64,000 nt of DNA, taken from NCBI GenBank assembly GCA_973895155.1, contig OZ316892.1, positions 21,453,619 through 21,517,618 of the forward strand, written 5' to 3'. Source of the DNA: Marsupella aquatica (Eukaryota > Plantae > Marchantiophyta). The notes beneath the pieces were generated by a model. That model was not told where the DNA came from. It worked only from the letters and a program-made list of their open reading frames with translations, and searched no databases. The position numbers and the translations under genes were made by a program. Position 1 is the stretch's first letter, and each line of letters opens with the position of its first letter. Shown here one piece after another: positions 62,401-64,000 of this stretch.

Positions 62401-64000
62401 CAAAGTGGGGACTCGGGCCCCCAGCATGCATAGGCGGTGTTGCTGAGCTCTGAGACATTTTCTGAGAGACGAAATGTTTCTCTTGTAAGTTTTGGCTTGT
62501 TCTTGAATCTCAGGAATTGTGAGATATGCCAACCGTCTACCCTTACCGGTTCCTCGAGTACCTCTTTTCTCTACTGCAATGTCCTCTCTAAAGGCTCTTA
62601 ATCGGAAGTCACCCATCCTTGCAATACTGTAACATTCTTCACAAGTCAGATCTTGAAAACCACCAAGAAGCCGTGATGCTCTACTACAGTTCACGTGCCT
62701 GAACAGTCCTTCTATCAAACAAGATTCTTGGCCTAGAAGACACCACACCTCTACCTTTACCCCTGACTCTGCGTACCATGCTCCATCAACCTTTGGCTGA
62801 TCTAATAGGATATCCTTGATAGGCCTGATTACTGCACCATATTGAACTGAGTTCCGCCACAATCCCCAACACAACAATGACCAAGGGTGGGGTTTACTTG
62901 GATCTCCTGTCACATCCCCTGAATGGCCTGAACCTCCACTGTAACCACTCCCTCCTGAACCACTCCCTCCAGCTGTCCCTCTTGACCGGCTGCTGGAAGC
63001 AATATCTCTGGCCTGCCGGGTTAAGAACCCATTAATGGTTCTTTGGCGAACATCCCTCTTATCATCCTTGGGAGGTCTGCCTGACCTTCCTGACAGTATT
63101 GGTGCACCAGGTGGTGGCTTCAAACTCCTAGCCACTACTGATAGATGATTTGCAGAGATGCAATGGGAATTCAGATTAACCTCCAGATTACGTTGCTTGG
63201 GTACCAAAGTGAACACGTCAGAGCAAAAATGGCACCCCACTCTGAACCGCTCTAACTTCTCCACAGGCTCCTTCTGAACATCACCTACAATGTAGAAGGT
63301 AGGTTTGGACACAGGCTCAGATTCATTGAGCCTTTCAACTATCTGAACATGCATGTCAAGAGTTGCACGATCGTTCAAGGAGGAAGCTGCAGCCCTTCGA
63401 CTGATCTCAACAGAGTCTACTCTCTGCCCCCTATTATGTGCCACATTTTTGGCATGCTTTGGGGTGATCAAATGCTTTTGTTTGAAATTTGTGAAACAAT
63501 TAGTGACAGACACCCTATCCATAACATACTTAGATGATCCAGATATATTAGTGTTGCACTCGCAACACTCTATCTTACCACATGGAACACCACCATTGTC
63601 CCAAGTTTTGACGCTCCACTTGTGGTCCTCACACTTTATGAAGACCATATGCTCCTTCAACTTGTCAACACTGGACACCCAGAGCTTGGCCAGATCATTT
63701 GACATAGTTGTTGACTGGAAACTCACATGTGGATCATCATCCACAGGTACATTAGGGAGAGGTGAAGTTGGGGGTGAAACAGGTAGAGGCAAGTCCTGTT
63801 GTCCCCACTGTATCTCAGGTTCTACCCTAACTTCAGTGTGCCACTCTCCGTCACTAACGCTCTTACTCAGAGCCTCAGCATTGGAGGCATTGCTGCTTCC
63901 AACATCTACCCCCACTTTCTGGATGGGCAGAGACTGTATTTTTGGGATGATGACAATCTTTCCATCACAATCATCAATGAGGTTGCCTTTTTCCCAAGCA
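59451..64000 (-). mobile_element. Large DDE transposase gene, P-element/THAP9-like, with N-terminal zinc fingers, one intron and one frameshift; starts beyond the window
   Basis: The frame is open from the window edge to 61967. A GT-AG intron (61966-61856) joins AEDETCLKRTVR|WQPKHDTLLGFCG. Further motifs are GHASDGD, QDYIHNGKK, DRQNWASAQRL and GSDACEQFFS. A frameshift near 60575 leads to a C-terminal ORF ending at 59451. Two CxxC...H...H motifs lie in the N-terminal part. Confidence 0.7.

Noticed and set aside
59486-63537. Plus-strand ORFs opposite the transposase
   Set aside because: Antisense shadows with no independent evidence.

Overview
This is eukaryotic, land-plant DNA: it has GT-AG introns, plant-type gene families, CACTA elements and a Bianca-like Copia element. 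A bryophyte origin is only a guess. The window is transposon-rich and has few host genes. (1) A 3-exon SDR gene (12484-16261, +) has lost the catalytic Asn, Tyr and Lys and carries a ~620-aa charged tail with six repeats. (2) A small zinc-ribbon gene lies at 21653-21850. (3) A 5-exon gene (29118-31045, +) encodes two tandem, divergent TALE-type homeodomains with identical intron positions; the ORF track misses this because of splicing. (4) A cluster of divergent SKP1-like genes (four copies plus fragments) is arranged as inverted and duplicated units, and every copy has a lesion. Orphan copies of the SKP1 promoter (pointing antisense into the homeobox gene) and of the SKP1 3' flank also occur. 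Mobile DNA includes several CACTA ends and TnpA-like genes, two MITEs with clear TSDs, a truncated Bianca-like Copia, a probable solo LTR, a Sola/DUF7869-like transposase fragment and a large intron-containing P-element/THAP9-like transposase that runs off the right edge. A RAD5/HLTF-like SNF2 pseudogene is also present. All family assignments come from manual motif recognition, not database searches.
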